NCBI GenBank assembly: GCA_965602825.1
Contig: CBFDAZ010000003.1
Span: 1-38,312 of the forward strand
Reading direction: 5' to 3'
DNA: 38,312 bases
Source: an uncultured bacterium
GTDB lineage: Bacteria; Armatimonadota; Zipacnadia; Zipacnadales; VGFC01
Shown here piece after piece: positions 35,663 through 38,312 of this stretch. The position numbers were made by a program, and so were the translations under genes. The notes below the pieces were generated by a model. It saw only the letters and a list, made by a program, of their open reading frames with translations, did not search any database and was not told the DNA's origin. The stretch's first letter is position 1. The number at the start of each line of letters is the position of its first letter.

Positions 35663-36039
35663 GGGAGGCCCGGCGATTCTGGGACGTGGCCGAACTCGCC
35701 AATGACCCGGAGCACGTCAACCAAGCCGCCAGCAACGCCGTCCTCGCAGCCATTGCTGCGAACGATGCGTTGTGCCTGTTCCTCATCGATGAGAGGCCGG
35801 GCGGCCAGTCCCACGCGGAGGCCGCTCGCGTCCTGCAGAGGGCCTGCAGGGGCACTCAGTGGGAGGCGGAGTGCGCCCAGAGGTCACGGCAGCTCGCCGA
35901 CATCCTGCAGCAGAAGGCCGCCTCCCAGTACCAAGGAAAAGCGCTGAGCCGAGACGCGGCAGATCGGGTCATCAAGCAAGCGCAGCGGTTCCTGGAGTGG
36001 GCGGAGCGGGTCCTATCGCCCTTCTCCTCGGGCGCCTGA
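35638..36039 (+). CDS. HEPN domain protein (putative toxin partner)
   Basis: 133 aa all-helical pattern: 'A..F...A', 'AASNAVLAAIAANDA', 'SH', 'K...QY', 'A..FLEWA'. Overlaps the MNT stop by 25 nt. Confidence 0.75.
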   Translation: MARWQGFLREARRFWDVAELANDPEHVNQAASNAVLAAIAANDALCLFLIDERPGGQSHAEAARVLQRACRGTQWEAECAQRSRQLADILQQKAASQYQGKALSRDAADRVIKQAQRFLEWAERVLSPFSSGA

Positions 36040-36260
36040 CGTCGCCACTCGTCGCTCTCGCTTCTCCCACGACGACCGTCCCCTGCTCTGCGGCCCATGG
36101 GAAGCCGTCACGGCGTGGACCCTCGACGATCGAGAGTAGCAGACGGCGCCACGGAGGTCGAACTGCGGCACCACGAGCAGCAGACCGCGTACATTCACTC
36201 GGTCACGAAGGCTGCGAAGCCTCGGCGCAGATCGTGAGCACCGGGAACGAGTCGCATCAC

Positions 36261-37205
36261 ATGAAGCCGGTTGACCTCACCGCATTGGCAGAGAGGTACC
36301 ATGCGTACGAACGGGTCGACGGCGCGGGCGACACGTTCCGTCGGCAGGCCCGGATCCTGCAATCGATCTGGCGGGAGAAGCAGGGGTACGAGGCCGGGGA
36401 GCATGAGGGCCGCCAGCTCGGATCGAGGCTGGCAATGCCCTGGGCGGAACGGACGCTGAGCAACTACCTGACTGAGACGATCAGGTCGGTCGTCCGGGAC
36501 GAGGTACTCGACTCGGAGAAGAGCCAAGGCAAGCTCTACGCGAAGCCGCGGATCTTCGACGACCTCTTGTCGAGCCAGCCGCTGTGCTTCAATCTCTTCG
36601 GCGAGCTCCAGCGAGACCTGGAGTTGGCGACGGCCGTGCTGCGTGATGTGACGCAGGGGCGTGTGGCCGAGGTGACGGGTATCAAGTTCGAACACTCCCC
36701 TGGTCGAGGCGACGCGCACTACCTCGGCGACCGGTCAGCCTTCGACGTGTATGTCGAGTTCACCCCACGCGATGGCGGGAGCGGTTTCATCGGCATCGAG
36801 GTCAAGTACCACGAGAACCTGAAGGGCAAGTCCTCCGGCCACAAGGCTCGTTACAACGAGGTGGCCGACCAGATGGGCTGCTTTAGACCAGAAGACTGCC
36901 GGGACAAGCTCCGGTCGATGCCGTTGCAGCAGATCTGGCGTGACCACCTCCTCGCGGGGGCTGTGCGACGGGTCAAGGCGTTCGATGACGGGTTCTTCGT
37001 CATCCTGTACCCCGAGGGCAACCACCACTGTGCCGAGGCGGTGGAGGCCTACCGTGCCTGCTTGACGTGCAGCGGCACATTCGCCGACTGGACGTTGGAG
37101 AGCGTGGTGGAGGCGATCAGAAGGCACCCACAGGCGGGGTGGATTGACGAGTTCGTGGATCGGTACCTGGCGTTCGAGAAGATCGCAGATGGCGTCGGGT
37201 TGTGA
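36261..37205 (+). CDS. PGN_0703-like putative restriction endonuclease (PD-(D/E)XK fold)
   Basis: 'LLSSQPLCFNLF', 'FEHSP', 'LGDRSAFDV', 'IGIEVKYHE' and 'QIWRDHLL'; the catalytic D...ExK is intact. Confidence 0.75.
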   Translation: MKPVDLTALAERYHAYERVDGAGDTFRRQARILQSIWREKQGYEAGEHEGRQLGSRLAMPWAERTLSNYLTETIRSVVRDEVLDSEKSQGKLYAKPRIFDDLLSSQPLCFNLFGELQRDLELATAVLRDVTQGRVAEVTGIKFEHSPGRGDAHYLGDRSAFDVYVEFTPRDGGSGFIGIEVKYHENLKGKSSGHKARYNEVADQMGCFRPEDCRDKLRSMPLQQIWRDHLLAGAVRRVKAFDDGFFVILYPEGNHHCAEAVEAYRACLTCSGTFADWTLESVVEAIRRHPQAGWIDEFVDRYLAFEKIADGVGL

Positions 37206-37312
37206 GACCCGACCCACGAACGCCGCGATGGTGCAGGACCTCCAGGCCGGGCCTGAGAGACCGGACCCAGCGACCTCGCAGGTGCGGCGAACCCAGGCGT
37301 GGGAGTGCCCTG

Positions 37313-38312
37313 ATGCCCCCCAACATCCTCTGGATCATGGCCGATCAACTGCGCCGCGATTGTGTGGGGACTTACGGCAGCCGCGGCGTGCGGACGCCCA
37401 CCCTCGATTCCCTGGCTGCTGAGGGGATCACGTTTGACCGCTTCTACGCGACGTGCCCTCTCTGTGCGCCGGCGCGGTCGTCACTGCATACGGGGCGCTA
37501 TGTCCACTCCTGCGGTGCGCTCGTCAATGGCTTCGGTCAGTCGGGCGACCGAGAGGCGGGGTCGCTGAACCCGGACGAGGTCACGGTTGACGAAGTCCTC
37601 GCCTCAGAGGGTTACCACGTCGGCCATGTGGGAGTCGATCACGTCCGGACCGATCCTCCTCTGAGGCACAAGGTCCCCTTCGCCAGGTTCGTCAGCATTC
37701 CCGAATACAACGCATATTGCGCCGAGGGCGGGCTGGAATCGCCGAGCAAAGAGAGCCACCAGAGGGCCGTGCCGACCCGCTTCGGCGACGAGATCCGTGA
37801 GGTCAGGTTCTCCGCCCCCAACCCGGGGCGGCACCCGTTCCCGGCCGAAGACTACCTGGACATGTACTATGCGCGACAGGCGGCGGACTTCGTCGTGGCC
37901 GCCCCCGACGACCGGCCGTGGGCGCTGTTCTGCTTCCTGTGGCTCCCCCACCCCCCATTCGTGATACCGGAACCGTACTTCTCGATGTACGGGCCGGAGG
38001 ACGTCGGTCCGCCGCCGAACCTGATGGCGGCTCAGACCGGCAAGCCCGAGGTGCATCTCTCCCACCTGCCCGGCCAGATCGGCGCCGATCCTTCCCGTGA
38101 GGAGTGGCTGGAGAGCTGGGCGGCGTACCTCGGCTGTGTCGCGCTGCTGGATGACTGCATCGGCATGGTGCTCAGCGCGCTCGAAGAGAGGGGCGCGGCC
38201 GATGATACGCTGATCGTCTTCCACCCGGACCACGGGGAGATGCTCGGAGCGCATCGATACTTCCAGAAGATGGTCTGTTACGAGGAGTCGATCCGCTTGC
38301 CGTTGATCGTCC
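37313..38312 (+). CDS. sulfatase (formylglycine-dependent, Cys-type), truncated by window end
   Basis: Not in the ORF track because it has no stop in the window. MPPNILWIMADQLR, TPTLD, CAPARSSLHTGRY (CxPxR), PHPP and DHGEMLG...K..YEES.R.PL. Confidence 0.92.
   Translation, partial: MPPNILWIMADQLRRDCVGTYGSRGVRTPTLDSLAAEGITFDRFYATCPLCAPARSSLHTGRYVHSCGALVNGFGQSGDREAGSLNPDEVTVDEVLASEGYHVGHVGVDHVRTDPPLRHKVPFARFVSIPEYNAYCAEGGLESPSKESHQRAVPTRFGDEIREVRFSAPNPGRHPFPAEDYLDMYYARQAADFVVAAPDDRPWALFCFLWLPHPPFVIPEPYFSMYGPEDVGPPPNLMAAQTGKPEVHLSHLPGQIGADPSREEWLESWAAYLGCVALLDDCIGMVLSALEERGAADDTLIVFHPDHGEMLGAHRYFQKMVCYEESIRLPLIV

Noticed and set aside
34821-37312. Mobile element boundaries around the MNT/HEPN-nuclease genes
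   Set aside because: No integrase, transposase, tRNA target or flanking direct repeats were found by eye.
316-38254. Numerous long overlapping alternative-frame and antisense ORFs (e.g. 3296-4453, 7094-8308, 11874-12971, 23637-24725, 37604-38254)
   Set aside because: They overlap genes with clear family motifs, are Arg/Pro/Gly-biased or mirror-frame, and have no recognisable domains.

Overview
A GC-rich bacterial chromosomal window with about 32 coding regions. No rRNA, tRNA, CRISPR array or transposase/integrase was recognised. The gene families (SLH-collagen-beta-barrel envelope protein, DUF6785-type membrane protein, URO-D, MttB, ceramidase-like and sulfatase paralogs) suggest a diderm Terrabacteria lineage, most likely Armatimonadota; this is an inference. 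From left to right the window holds: the end of a probable adenylosuccinate lyase; a minus-strand run (sugar epimerase, GNAT, DUF1232, frameshifted LppM-like lipoprotein, URO-D family, divergent YchF, radical SAM, Cys-type alpha/beta hydrolase, orphan GAF histidine kinase, degenerate RNase H, ceramidase-like); an MttB homolog; an AbrB-TolC-MFP-RND-PII-like efflux operon with a near-consensus promoter and operator palindrome; a frameshifted Gfo/Idh/MocA oxidoreductase; two SLH proteins; folC followed by a lipoprotein, a degenerate Fe-S PD-(D/E)XK protein and a peptidase; HAD, Pro/Thr-rich, zinc-ribbon, NolW-like and DUF6785 genes; a wHTH-MNT/HEPN pair with tandem operators next to a PGN_0703-like nuclease; and a partial sulfatase. 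The most notable observations are the MNT/HEPN plus nuclease cassette, the collagen-stalk OmpM-like porin, two apparently inactivated nuclease-fold proteins, a recurring AGG-N18-CGAA (SigH-like) upstream motif and two apparently leaderless genes. All family calls come from motif recognition by eye, not database searches.
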